From assembly GCA_963779015.1 (NCBI GenBank), contig CAVZWY010000029.1, forward strand, positions 35,153 through 99,152: DNA of 64,000 nt, read 5' to 3'. Made by a program: the position numbers and the translations under genes. The stretch comes from an uncultured Planctomycetaceae bacterium. Lineage in GTDB: Bacteria > Planctomycetota > Planctomycetia > Pirellulales > PALSA-1355. A model generated the notes under the pieces. It saw only the letters and a list, made by a program, of their open reading frames with translations, searched no databases and was not told where the DNA came from. Below, piece after piece: positions 20,588-30,982 of the stretch (position 1 is its first letter; every line of letters begins with the position of its first letter).

Positions 20588-22465
20588 CTATCCCCCCAAA
20601 CTCTGACGAATGACCTCGAACATGCCCGGGCCATTATTGATGAAAATAAAGGTCACCCCCATCAGCGACTCGCCGGCGATCAGCCCGCTCGACACCGGCA
20701 CGGTGTACTTGGCGTCGATCCGCGGTTGCGACTTGCCAAGCAGCCAGGCCGCCAGCGCGCCAATGAACATGGATACCGAATTGTACGCAGGAATTACGCC
20801 CGCAATACCCAGCGCGGTGGAAGAGGGGATCCATTTGCGATAGCGCGGCGGCGAAAACTCCTCGGCCAGCGCCAGCAATATGCCGATCAACCCGCCCACG
20901 GCCATGGCCGGCACGGCCCCGCGGGGCAGGTTGCTGAGTCCCTCGGCCAGCAGTTCCGCCACACCGGCCCAGACTTGCGCGGCCGGCGCCGGCAATTCCT
21001 TGGTGCCCAACTTTTCCGGGTCCGACACGACCAGCATGTATGCCGGCACGCACACCAACGTTCCGGCCAGCACGCCGAACAACTGCGAAATCGTTTGCTT
21101 GCGCGGATTGCCGCCCAATAGATAGCCGCACTTCAAGTCCATCAGCAAGTCGGCCGAGTGGGCCGCCGCGCCCGAGGTGATCGAGGCGGTCATCAGGTTG
21201 GTGGTCAGGTTCGTCGGCGCCAGCCAGCCGTAGAGCAACTGCGTGATCTTGCCCATGGCGCCGATGGGCGTGATGTTCGTCTCGCCGGTGGCCCGTGCGG
21301 CGACGATCGACAGCACGAAGGTGAACAGCACGGCGATCACTCCCATCCACCAGGAGATGCCGAAATACAACTCGCCCAGCACGACGCACGACGTGCCGGC
21401 GACGAGCGTGCCCGCCGCAAACCACCAGCCGGGCACTTCGATGCGTTTGAGCGGATCGTCGGCGGCGCGGCCGTGTACGATGGAAGCCATGCTGCCGAAT
21501 GCCCTCAACAGAGTGCGCCAGCGAATGGCAAACGAAGTGAGCGAGGCCGCCACCATCAACGCAGTGGCGGGCCACAGCGTCCAGGTGTTCACGCCTGTGC
21601 GACTGTAGCCTTCGGGCTGGACGATCCCGCGGTCGATCAGTTCTGGTCCGATGATGCCAAAATACACCACCGCGCCCAACAGCAGCGAGCAGCAGACTCG
21701 CATGCCCATCAGCGCGCCCACGCCAACCATGATCAGCGAGCCCTCGAAGCCGAAGCTCGTGGTGTCCAACCATTTCTTGCCACGTTCGCCGGGCCACAGC
21801 GGGATTGTCTCGAGCACGAGCCCCAACTCGACGAACATCTTGACCACACCGCCCACGACCGCGCCGGCAAACAGCGAGTAGGCCTTGTCCAGCGCTTCTT
21901 TGCCGGTGGTGTGAATCGACCTGAGTGTTTCGGCCGCGGCCATTCCACTGGGAAACGGCAACTTGTCGACGTTGACCATCTGCCGCTTGAGCGGAATCGC
22001 CATGAAGACGCCCAACACCGACAGCGACGCCAACCACGTCATGATCTGCCACGCGCTTAGCTCAAGTCCCGTGGCCAGATACAACGCCGGAATCGCCGAC
22101 ACCAGACCCGCCGAGGCCATGTAGGCCGCCGCGGTCGAGGCACTCGACATCGTGTAGTTTTCGAGGATCGTGAACGGATCGTTGCGAATCCGGGCTGACA
22201 CGATTTCCAGCGAACGATACACGGCAAATGCGATGATCGAGGCGGTGATCATCACGTCCAGGCCCCAACCCGTCTTCAAGCCCACGTACAGGTTCGACAC
22301 CGACATGATGCCGCCGATGAGCATGCCGGTGACGATTGAACGCACGGAAAGCTGCCGCACGGAATCGCCCTGGTAGACATTCGCCAGCCACTCGCGCGCG
22401 TCGCGTTCGTACTCGTCGAGCGGCGGTTCGTCGGGCAATTCAGTAAGATCGGGTTCGATCGTCAT
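20588..22465 (-). CDS. OPT-family oligopeptide transporter
   Basis: NLYVGLKTG, ILENY, LPFPSG, GETNITPIGAMGK, DLKCGYLLG..PRKQ, SGLIAGES; many TM helices. Confidence 0.9.
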   Translation of the reverse strand: MTIEPDLTELPDEPPLDEYERDAREWLANVYQGDSVRQLSVRSIVTGMLIGGIMSVSNLYVGLKTGWGLDVMITASIIAFAVYRSLEIVSARIRNDPFTILENYTMSSASTAAAYMASAGLVSAIPALYLATGLELSAWQIMTWLASLSVLGVFMAIPLKRQMVNVDKLPFPSGMAAAETLRSIHTTGKEALDKAYSLFAGAVVGGVVKMFVELGLVLETIPLWPGERGKKWLDTTSFGFEGSLIMVGVGALMGMRVCCSLLLGAVVYFGIIGPELIDRGIVQPEGYSRTGVNTWTLWPATALMVAASLTSFAIRWRTLLRAFGSMASIVHGRAADDPLKRIEVPGWWFAAGTLVAGTSCVVLGELYFGISWWMGVIAVLFTFVLSIVAARATGETNITPIGAMGKITQLLYGWLAPTNLTTNLMTASITSGAAAHSADLLMDLKCGYLLGGNPRKQTISQLFGVLAGTLVCVPAYMLVVSDPEKLGTKELPAPAAQVWAGVAELLAEGLSNLPRGAVPAMAVGGLIGILLALAEEFSPPRYRKWIPSSTALGIAGVIPAYNSVSMFIGALAAWLLGKSQPRIDAKYTVPVSSGLIAGESLMGVTFIFINNGPGMFEVIRQSLGG

Positions 22466-22575
22466 GACGGGGCAGACCTCCGTGTCGTAGCGGGATAGGC
22501 GTATCGGGTGGCAGTTGATGCTTGCCGACCGGCGTTTACATTGGTAATGGCACTTCTGGACAAGCTGATGCGTTA

Positions 22576-22653
22576 CACGAACCCGAAGCGCGCGCGAGGG
22601 TGCTGCAACCGTTTGTCTTGATTCATTCCCTCGCTGGCGCTTTCGGGTTAGTG
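22576..22653. repeat. REP-like doublet (family B)
   Basis: aacccgaagcgcgcgcgaggg ... ccctcgctggcgctttcgggtt inverted arms. Confidence 0.65.
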
Positions 22654-22660
22654 CGGCGAA

Positions 22661-22686
22661 GCACTGGCAAGATGCCAGTGCCACCC
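22661..22686. repeat. REP-like palindrome (family A), second copy
   Basis: Exact reverse complement of 220-245. Confidence 0.75.
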
Positions 22687-23126
22687 ACGAGGGCGATCGC
22701 GGGGTGGCGATTCGCCCAGCAAGTCCCGCAATTCCTTGCGGCGACGGGCGTGATCTGCCTCAAATGTTGCCGGATCCATGATTGCCGCGCTCACCCGATG
22801 CGGAAAGTTTCCCAAGAGTCCCATGCCGCGCAGGCCGCGAGAAATCGTCGGCGGGTCGCATGCGGCATGACGTAACCTCTGGGCGAGACTGGTTTTTTCG
22901 GAATAATCGGTCAGCAGCCCGGCGACAAAACCATCGATGCGTTCGCGCTGGCGATTGGGTGGCGGGATGGTCGATACTAATATGGAAGTTAGAGCACGTC
23001 GCGCCAAGGTCGAGCCCGCGATGCCTTGCCCGAAGCGACTTTGTTGCGCAGCGGCTCTCCATTTCCGGCTATTTGCGTCTTGAGTCTCTCACCTCCCCGG
23101 AGCTGGTCAAGGACGATCCAACACGC

Positions 23127-23789
23127 ATGAGCACCGTCGCCGAGCTTCCCTCTCCGTTGCCCGAGCCCGTCGAATTCGCCAATCGCTTGACGCATGGTCT
23201 GGGGCTGGCGCTGGCCATTGTCGGCACGGGCGTGCTGATCAATGAGATGGCCCGCTACGGCGACGCGTTGCAGATCATCGGCGTATGTGTCTACGGCGCG
23301 ACGTTGATTTCGGTCTACGCCGCCTCGACGCTGTCGCACACGTTCGAGCAACCGCGCCTGCGGCACACGTTCCGCACGATCGACCAGGTTTGCATCTTCT
23401 TGCTGATTGCCGGCACGTTCACGCCGATCTCGCTGACATATTTTCGCCACGGCTGGTGGTGGGCGCTGTTCATCTCGGTGTGGGCCGTATCGTTGTTCGG
23501 CATCCTGGCGAAGATCTTCTACACCAAGCTGCACAACGTGGCCCTGTCGGCCTATGTGCTCAACGGCTGGCTGCCGATTCTGGCCATCAAGCCGATCGTG
23601 GAAACGGCGCCTTCTGGCGCGCTCTTGTGGATGCTCTACGGCGGGCTGTTCTACACGGCCGGCACCTACTTCTTGATGCGCGACAACCGCGTGCCGATCT
23701 TCCACGCGGTGTGGCATGTGTTCGTGATCGGCGGCAGCGCGTGTCACTACTACGCGATGTACCGCTTCTGCGTGCCGTGGCCGGCGTAG
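23127..23789 (+). CDS. Hemolysin III / PAQR family membrane protein
   Basis: E..N.LTHG, STLSH, D...IFLLIAGTFTP, GGLFYT.G, HAVWH.FV..G...H. Confidence 0.9.
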   Translation: MSTVAELPSPLPEPVEFANRLTHGLGLALAIVGTGVLINEMARYGDALQIIGVCVYGATLISVYAASTLSHTFEQPRLRHTFRTIDQVCIFLLIAGTFTPISLTYFRHGWWWALFISVWAVSLFGILAKIFYTKLHNVALSAYVLNGWLPILAIKPIVETAPSGALLWMLYGGLFYTAGTYFLMRDNRVPIFHAVWHVFVIGGSACHYYAMYRFCVPWPA

Positions 23790-24099
23790 GGGAGTTTCTG
23801 AGGGAGTCTTTTACAACCTGTTTCAGAACAGGAATCGGGTGCCACTGCTTTCTTGTCAAGCAGTGCAAACCCAACGACAGGCACTGCTAGGCGAGCTAGC
23901 AGTGGCACCCGGCGCGTGTCACTACTACGCGATGTACCGCTTCTGCGTGCCGTGGCCGGCGTAGTTCCGGTTTCTGAAGGAATCTGGGGCGAACCACAAA
24001 GTGAGGACGCAGAGGGGAGAAACGCTGGGTGCCACTGCTTGCTTGTCAAGCAGTGCAATCCTGGGACACACACTGCTAGGTGAGCTAGCTGGCGCTCGG
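23737..24099 (+). repeat. Tandem duplication of the last 53 bp of the hemolysin III gene plus a REP doublet (family C)
   Basis: 23737-23789 is identical to 23912-23964; each is followed by gggtgccactgct..cttgtcaagcagtgc...cactgctagg.gagctagc (23836-23911, 24027-24099). Confidence 0.85.
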
Positions 24100-24547
24100 C
24101 ATAGCGGGGTTTCTGCCGGTATCTTTTGTCGAACCGCAGTGGCCGCAAAGGACGCAGAGGGGAGAGAATGCGTCCGCAGATTTCGCAGATGGCTCAGATG
24201 AAGAGGGAGACATCTGCGGCTGGCGGCTTGTTGGTCGGTCGTTGAATGAACCACAACGACACGACGACACTACGGCATGACAAAGATTGATTTCCGCGAA
24301 GGTCACGAAGTACACTGAGGGAACAACGGCACATGTTTCCTCACGCTGGGCCAACTCTCTGAGTTCTCGGTGACCTCGGTGGCTTCTCAGAATACCTAGC
24401 AGCAGACAGCTCTCCCGATCGCCGGTTTTCTGGTCCGGCACGTTGCCAATTCCTTGCCAGCGGGCGGTTGTCCGCTTATGCTGGCGGCTGCGTGGCCTTG
24501 CACGCACGCCCTCCTGTTTGTTCCCTCCTGGCAAAGGTTTCACGCAC

Positions 24548-25707
24548 ATGATTCGCATCGGCCTGTTGATGATGTTCTGCGTTCTGGCTTCCGGCGTGTT
24601 GGTCGATACTTCACGCGCTCGCGCGGGGGACAAGTGCCTGGTTTATATCGGCACATACACTGGCCCCAAGAGCAAGGGCATCTACGTCTCGGAACTTGAC
24701 CTGGCTACCGGCAAGCTCTCGCCGCCCGAGTTGGCCGTCGAGGTGAAGAACGCTTCGTTCCTGGCCGTGCATCCCGACAAGAAGCATCTCTACTCGGTCA
24801 GCGAGATCAGCGATCTGAACGGCAAGCGGACTGGCGGCGTCAGCGGTTTTGCCATCGATCCGGACGCCGGCAAGCTGACGCTCATCAACCAGCAATCGTC
24901 CGAAGGCGCCGGACCGTGCCATCTGATTGTCGACAAGTCGGGCCAGACGGTGTTGGTGGCCAACTATGGTAGCGGCAGCGTGGCGGCCTTGCCCGTCGAT
25001 GGCGAAGGACGGCTCAGTCCGGCGGCCACGGCCATCCAGCATCAAGGCAGCAGCGTGAACAAATCGCGGCAGGAGAGCCCGCACGCTCACTCGATCAATG
25101 TGGATCCGGCCAATCGTTTTGCCGTGGCCGCCGACCTGGGCTTGGACAAGGTGCTGGTCTATCGGCTCGACCCGGCCACCGGCAAACTCGTGCCGCACCT
25201 GCCGCCGTCGGTTTCGGTCGCTCCCGGCTCCGGTCCGCGGCACTTCGCCTTTCACCCCAGCGCCAAGTTCGCCTACGTCATCAACGAAATCCTCTGCACC
25301 GTGACCGCGTTCCAATACGATCCCGAGTTGGGACTGCTCACCGAAGTGCAAACGATCACCACGTTGCCCAACGGCGAATCGGTCAAGCCGGAGTACAGCA
25401 CGGCGGAAGTGCAGGTGCATCCCTCGGGCAAGTTCCTGTATGGTTCGAATCGCGGGCACGACAGCATCACGGTGTTCGCCATCGACCCCAAGACCGGCAA
25501 GCTCACGTTCGTGGAAAACGAATCCACGCAAGGCAAAACCCCGCGCGGCTTCGGCATCGACCCCACCGGGCAGTATTTGATCGCCGGCAATCAAGGCTCC
25601 GACACATTCGTCGTGTTTCGCATCGACCAGAAAACCGGCAAGCTGGAGCCGACCGGGCAGAAGTTCGAGTTGGCGCGCCGGTGTGCTTCAAGTTCTTGGA
25701 GAAGTGA
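24548..25707 (+). CDS. pgl: 6-phosphogluconolactonase-family beta-propeller lactonase, secreted (apparent frameshift ~25673)
   Basis: YIGTYT, GPCHL, ANYGSG, HAHSI, GSGPRH, SNRGHDSI, TPRGF; the true end PVCFKFLEK* is in a shifted frame. Confidence 0.88.
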
Positions 25708-25772
25708 GGGGCGTTGGGATCGGTGTCCCCCGGCGGAGCCGTGGGCTGACCATTGGCGAACAGACGCGCCGC

Positions 25773-26591
25773 TCAACCCGCGGTGCGCTTGCGGCGGATG
25801 TCTTCTTGGCGCGACAGGCCCTTGCGGGTCAGCCGTTGCACGACGCGGCGGTGCAGAAAGCGGGGCATGACGCTGCTGAGGCGTGCCAGGAAGCCGCGGC
25901 TCCAGGGAATGACCAGCTCGGTCCGCGGCTTTGCCAGCAACCCGAGCACGGCTTTGGCCACATCGTCGGTCGAGAGGATCTTGGGTCCGGAGAACGTCAA
26001 TGCGGCGCCGGCGTGATCCAATTGATAGTCGACCATCGGCGTGTCGACCGCATCGGGACACAATATCGACACGTGGACGCCGAACGGCTCCAGCTCTTGG
26101 GCCGCGGCGAGTGAGAATCCGCGCACCGCGAACTTGCTGGCCGAATAGACGGCGATACCGGGAATGGGCGCCAGCGCCGCCAGCGAGGCTATGTTGATGA
26201 TATGACCGTGCCGCTGGCGGACCATCACCTCGGCCGCCGCGCGGGTGCCCAGGATCACGCCCTTGGTGTTGACGTCGATCTGCAAGGCGATGCTCTCCGC
26301 CTTCAGCTCATACACCGGCTCGACGCGCAGCACGCCGGCCACGTTCACCAGCGCGTCGAGCTTTTGAAAACGTTCGAGGGCGAAGGCGGCCAACTCGGCC
26401 CAGGCGCGCGGGCTGGCCACGTCCTGTTGCGCGGTGACCACCGTCTCGGCCGGCCAATAGAACTCGGCGGCCTTTTCGCGCAAGCGGACCAGGTCGATGT
26501 CGGTGGCAATGACCGCGTGGCCGGCTCGCTCCAGCAGCGTCACCAGCCGGCATCCGATGCCGCTGGCCGCGCCGGTCACAACGATGTTCAT
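25773..26591 (-). CDS. SDR-family oxidoreductase
   Basis: TGAASGIG, NVAG, YSASK. Confidence 0.9.
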   Translation of the reverse strand: MNIVVTGAASGIGCRLVTLLERAGHAVIATDIDLVRLREKAAEFYWPAETVVTAQQDVASPRAWAELAAFALERFQKLDALVNVAGVLRVEPVYELKAESIALQIDVNTKGVILGTRAAAEVMVRQRHGHIINIASLAALAPIPGIAVYSASKFAVRGFSLAAAQELEPFGVHVSILCPDAVDTPMVDYQLDHAGAALTFSGPKILSTDDVAKAVLGLLAKPRTELVIPWSRGFLARLSSVMPRFLHRRVVQRLTRKGLSRQEDIRRKRTAG

Positions 26592-27984
26592 AGCGCCCGC
26601 TCTCCCGCCGCCGCGACCGTATTGAAGCGCGCTCGGCCGCGCGTTTGTAGCGGTTGGCGCCCTTGCCTGCTGCCCGCTGGGCGCCTCGCTTCCATTCTTT
26701 CTTCAAGTCGTGGTGGTAGAGCTCTGTATCGACTTCCATCGTGTGCCGCTTGCTGGCGATGTAGCCGGCGTTGGACGCGTGCTCCTCCCTGGCCATGACG
26801 CGCTCCATTTCGTCGACCGGCGGCAAGGCGTACTCGCCGTCGAGGTACGCCGCCAGCCAGCGCGTCTGGTATTCGACGAACTTGATGATGCTGGGGATGG
26901 CCTGCGCCAAGCCCACAAAAATCAGGTTGTCGATACCCGGTCGAAACGCTCGCTTGAACAGCGGCAGCGTGTTGTCCGCGGCCGCGAGGAACTGGGGGTC
27001 GAAGAAGGGAAAGGTGATCTTGTAGCCGGTGGCATAGACGATGGCGTCGAATGGCTCGCTGCTGCCGTCCTCGAAGCGGACGCCGTCGCCGGCCAACTCC
27101 GCGATGTTCGGCTTGACGGTAATATCGCCGCTGCCCACGCGGATCAGAAACTCGTTGGAGACCGTGGGATGCGTCTGCCAGACGGAGTGTTGGGGGCGCG
27201 GCAGGCCGTAGTTTTCCATGCGGCCGATCGCCAGGCGAATCAACAGCGATCCGAACAGACGCTGCGGCCACATCGGCAGCCACGGACGCGTGCGAATGAT
27301 GGAATCGAGCGGGCGGCCATACAGATACTTGGGAATGATGTGAGCCCCGCGACGCGTGGAGACGACGAGCCGCCCGGCGACTCCCCGATGACTCAACTCG
27401 CACGCGATGTCCATGGCGCTATTGCCCACGCCCACCACCAGCACGCGCTTGCCGTGCATGTCGTGTGGCGTGAATGAATCGATGTAATGGTGCGAGTGCA
27501 GTTGCACACCGTCGAAGTGTCCGGGGAACGCCGGCTCGGGCCAGCGCGGATCCCAGTGGTGTCCGTTGGCTACGATCAACACGTCGAACTGGTGCGTCTC
27601 GCCGTTGTCTAGCGTGAGCTGCCAGGCGCCGTCGGGCAATCGTTCGGCGTGCTCGACGCCGGTGTTGAAGCGGATCGAGTCGGTGATGCCGAAATGTTCG
27701 GCGTAAGCCTGGAAGTACGCCCGGATCTGCGTGTGGTGCGGAAAGTCGGGGTAGTCGGCGGGGAAGGGAAAGTCGTCGAACTCGATCGAGTACCGCGACG
27801 AGTCGATGTGCAGCGAGCGATAGGCGCTCGACATGCCGTTTTTGTTTCGAAAGACCCAGTTGCCGCCGATCTGGTCGCCCTTTTCGAACGTGGTGTAGGG
27901 AATGCCCCGCTCGCGCAGGGCCTTCATCATCGTGATGCCGCTGATGCCGGCGCCCAGGATACAGATCGAAGGATGTGTTTTCAT
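26588..27984 (-). CDS. Flavin-containing monooxygenase (FMO); probable 3' frameshift near 26660
   Basis: GAGISG, FDGVQLHSHHY (FxGxxxHxxxY), GVGNSA, ATGY; the alternative frame ends with an ATGA overlap onto the SDR start. Confidence 0.88.
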
Positions 27985-28065
27985 CGACGCGTACCGAACC
28001 GTGCCAAGCGAGACGTGATCTATCGATGATACCCGAAACGGCGACGGCGTTGGCAGGCGCCAGCC

Positions 28066-28953
28066 CTATTTTTTCCGGGCTTTGACCGCTGCCTGCAGGG
28101 TGTCCCACTGTTCGCTGGTGACGCGTTCCAAATCGCTGAACATGCCGGCCCCGCGCAGCCAGGCGCCGCCGTCGATGGTGATGCACGTGCCCGTGATATA
28201 GGCCGAGTAGTCCGAGAGCAAATAGGCGGCCAGATTGGCCAACTCCTGGTGTTCGCCATAGCGTCGCAAGGGTATGCGGCCGCTCTTCAATGGATCGTCG
28301 TCGCCCAACTCGGGCGGACGCAGGCGCGACCACGCGCCTTCGGTGGGAAACGAGCCCGGCGCAATCGCATTGAGCCGGATGCCGTATCTGCCCCATTCCA
28401 CGGCCAGCGACTGCACCAGGTTGAGCGCGCCGGCCTTGGCGATGCTCGACGGCAGCACGAAGGCCGACCCGGTCCAGGCGTACGTGGTGCTGATGTTGAG
28501 CACGACGCCGGGCGTCTTGTCGGCGATCCAGCGCTTGCCCAGCGCGAGCGTGCAGTTGTACGTGCCCTTGAGCACGATGTCGACCACGGTGTTGATGGCG
28601 TTGTTGCTCAGTCGCTCGCTGGGACAGACGAAGTTGCCAGCGGCGTTGTTGATCAGACCGTGGATGGCGCCGAACCGGTCGTGCGCGGTCTCGAAGAAGC
28701 CGGCAACTTCCTCTGGCTTTCGCACGTCGCACGGCATGCCCAGCACTTGCCCTCCGTCGGGCTGCGCCATTTCTTTGGCGGCCTGTTCGATCACGTCGCG
28801 TCGGCGTCCGCAAATCGCCAGATTCGCACCCAGGCTTTGCAGGTATTGGCCCATCGCGCGTCCCAGGCCAGTGCCGCCGCCGGTGACAATGATGGTGCGG
28901 CCGGCGAATGTGCCAGGCGGAAGCATGGGCTGAGTGTAGGGCAAGGTACTCAT
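28066..28953 (-). CDS. SDR, 2,4-dienoyl-CoA reductase-like
   Basis: TGGGTGLG, NNAAGNF..P.E.LS, SLAVEWG.YGIR.NAIAPG, DGG.W. Confidence 0.88.
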   Translation of the reverse strand: MSTLPYTQPMLPPGTFAGRTIIVTGGGTGLGRAMGQYLQSLGANLAICGRRRDVIEQAAKEMAQPDGGQVLGMPCDVRKPEEVAGFFETAHDRFGAIHGLINNAAGNFVCPSERLSNNAINTVVDIVLKGTYNCTLALGKRWIADKTPGVVLNISTTYAWTGSAFVLPSSIAKAGALNLVQSLAVEWGRYGIRLNAIAPGSFPTEGAWSRLRPPELGDDDPLKSGRIPLRRYGEHQELANLAAYLLSDYSAYITGTCITIDGGAWLRGAGMFSDLERVTSEQWDTLQAAVKARKK

Positions 28954-29227
28954 GGAACAAACTCCCAATTGCTGGACGAACACACCCGTGCAAATGATAA
29001 CGCCCTCCGGGGGAACCTCCAAACAGAACCAGCCGTGTCGCGACTCGGTGTTGTATCTGGCAACTTTGTGCTTTCATTGGCCGTGGACTCCGCGAAACTG
29101 CGAAGCTACAGTGCCTTTGGCGCCCAATTGCAAAGATTCTGGTTTTGTTTTTGAGAAGATGAGCACGCATTCGTCTAACAGATTAGCCAGTGCCGCGATA
29201 ATCAGACGAGCAGCAGAGAGGCGGCCC

Positions 29228-29749
29228 GTGGGCAACCCGGCTTCACTGGATCGGCTTGTGCTCGATCATTTGCCCGCGGCATTGCGTTTTGCGACCCGGC
29301 TGACCGGCGACGCCGACCGCGGCGAAGACCTGGTGCAGGAATCGCTGCTTCGCGTGGTGCGCCGCTGGGCTTCGTTTCGCGGAGAAGCGGAGTTCCGAAC
29401 CTGGTTGTTCCGCATCGTGATCAATGTATTTCGAGATCGGCTGCGCGTATCGACATTCCCAGCATTGTCTATCGATGAAACCGAGTTGGAGACCGTCGAC
29501 ACGTCCAACCCGGAACCGCCGGCGATGGTCATGGCCGCGGAACTTGAACGGCTGGTCGCGCAAGAGATTTCTCGTTTGCCGCACCGCCAACGCGAGGTCT
29601 TGGTGTTGATCGTCTTCGAAGGCATGTCATCCAGCGAGGTCGCCAAGGTCGTCGGCATCAGCGTCGGCAACGTTCACTCCACGCTGTCCGCGGCAAGATC
29701 GCGACTGAGAGACCGTTTGGCACGTTACGTCGGACCCAACAAAGAGTAA
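29228..29749 (+). CDS. ECF RNA polymerase sigma factor
   Basis: EDLVQE, FRGEAEFRTWLFRIVIN (region 2); LP.RQREVL.L and V.STL..AR.RLR (region 4); start could be ATG 29159. Confidence 0.9.
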   Translation: MGNPASLDRLVLDHLPAALRFATRLTGDADRGEDLVQESLLRVVRRWASFRGEAEFRTWLFRIVINVFRDRLRVSTFPALSIDETELETVDTSNPEPPAMVMAAELERLVAQEISRLPHRQREVLVLIVFEGMSSSEVAKVVGISVGNVHSTLSAARSRLRDRLARYVGPNKE

Positions 29750-29752
29750 ACC

Positions 29753-30977
29753 ATGGCATTCCGCGACTGGAATCCAGGCGATGACTCGCTCGATCGATTG
29801 ATCGCCAATGCGCGATGGGCCGATCCTTCGGCCGAGCAGGTCGAGCGCCTCGGCAAGCGCTGGTCGAGCCTCGTTCGTCGCCGCCGCGCACGCCGCGCTT
29901 GCGGAGGCGCTGGCCGCCGCCGCCGCCGCGATCCTCGTGATCGTGGGGACATTGCAGTGGCGCCATATTGCGCCGTCGCGCCCCCAGGGAGTTGCCAGCA
30001 AACAACGCGCCGCTGCCGAACATAACCCCGCGCTGCCGCTTACCGCGCACGAACCTATCGACAGGCGATCCGAACGGCCGCCAGCCGCGCCAGAGCCAAC
30101 GATGAAGTCCATTCCCACGCGTTCGCAGGCTCCAGCCGATTCGCTTGCGCCGCGCGATCCCAATCTTTACGAGCGGGTGCTACTGGCGGGCGTTTTCACT
30201 CAATCGCAATCCGCCAATCGCGTCGCCGAGAAGAACTCCCAGACACGTGCAACGATCGAAGCTCTAATTACAGCCTTTGCCGATGATGCCGACCCGGACC
30301 TCGGCGATCGGTTGTCTGCCGTGGATCTCGAACGCCAGCAGTTGGAGCCTTTCCTGTGGGATGTCATTTCGCAGTCTGACGCATCGCGCCGTTTGGGAGC
30401 CGCACGTTTGCTCGCGCGAATCGCAACGGCGCGATCGCTGGGGATGCTCGTCGATCTGGTGAACGACCCGGCCACACGCAATGCGGCGCTTCCGGCCGTG
30501 GCGCGATTGTCGAGCGCTGGCGAACTGGCGCAGTTGGTAAGTGTCGAGCCCGATGCCGAACTGCGGCGGAATCTGTTGCAATCGCTGGTCGAGCGTCGCG
30601 ACGATGAAGCGGTCGGCTGGTATCTCAGGTTCGTGAACGCGACAGCATCTCAAAACGATGCGTTGGCCGCCTTGGACCATTGTGCGGATCCCCCGGTCGA
30701 GCTGCTGCTGGGCTATCTCAACAATCCGCGGAGATGGGTGCGGCGTGCCGCGGCCCGCTCGCTCGCTCGACTGCCCGATCCACGAATCGCCGATGAATTG
30801 AGTGGCGCCGTGCTGGAAGGCTTCGGCCGCCAAGAGGCACTGCTGGCGCTGTTGATGAGTTCGAGCCCCGAGGCCGAGCGTGTGCTGGATCAAGCCCGCC
30901 GGAATCTCTACCTGGTGGCGGCGGTGCGCGCCGCGGAAGTAGAGCTTCGTTCCTTAACCGTTCCCGAGCGGAGATAA
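29753..30977 (+). CDS. Putative anti-sigma factor: short N-domain, TM, Pro-rich linker, HEAT-like repeats (apparent frameshift ~29890)
   Basis: Starts 3 nt after the ECF stop; hydrophobic AAAAAAILVIVGTL segment; RRLGAARLLARI and VRRAAARSLARL HEAT-like units. Confidence 0.6.
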
Positions 30978-30982
30978 CTGCG

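Noticed and set aside
23737-24400. CRISPR array
   Set aside because: Only two copies of a gene-derived repeat, irregular spacing, and no cas genes
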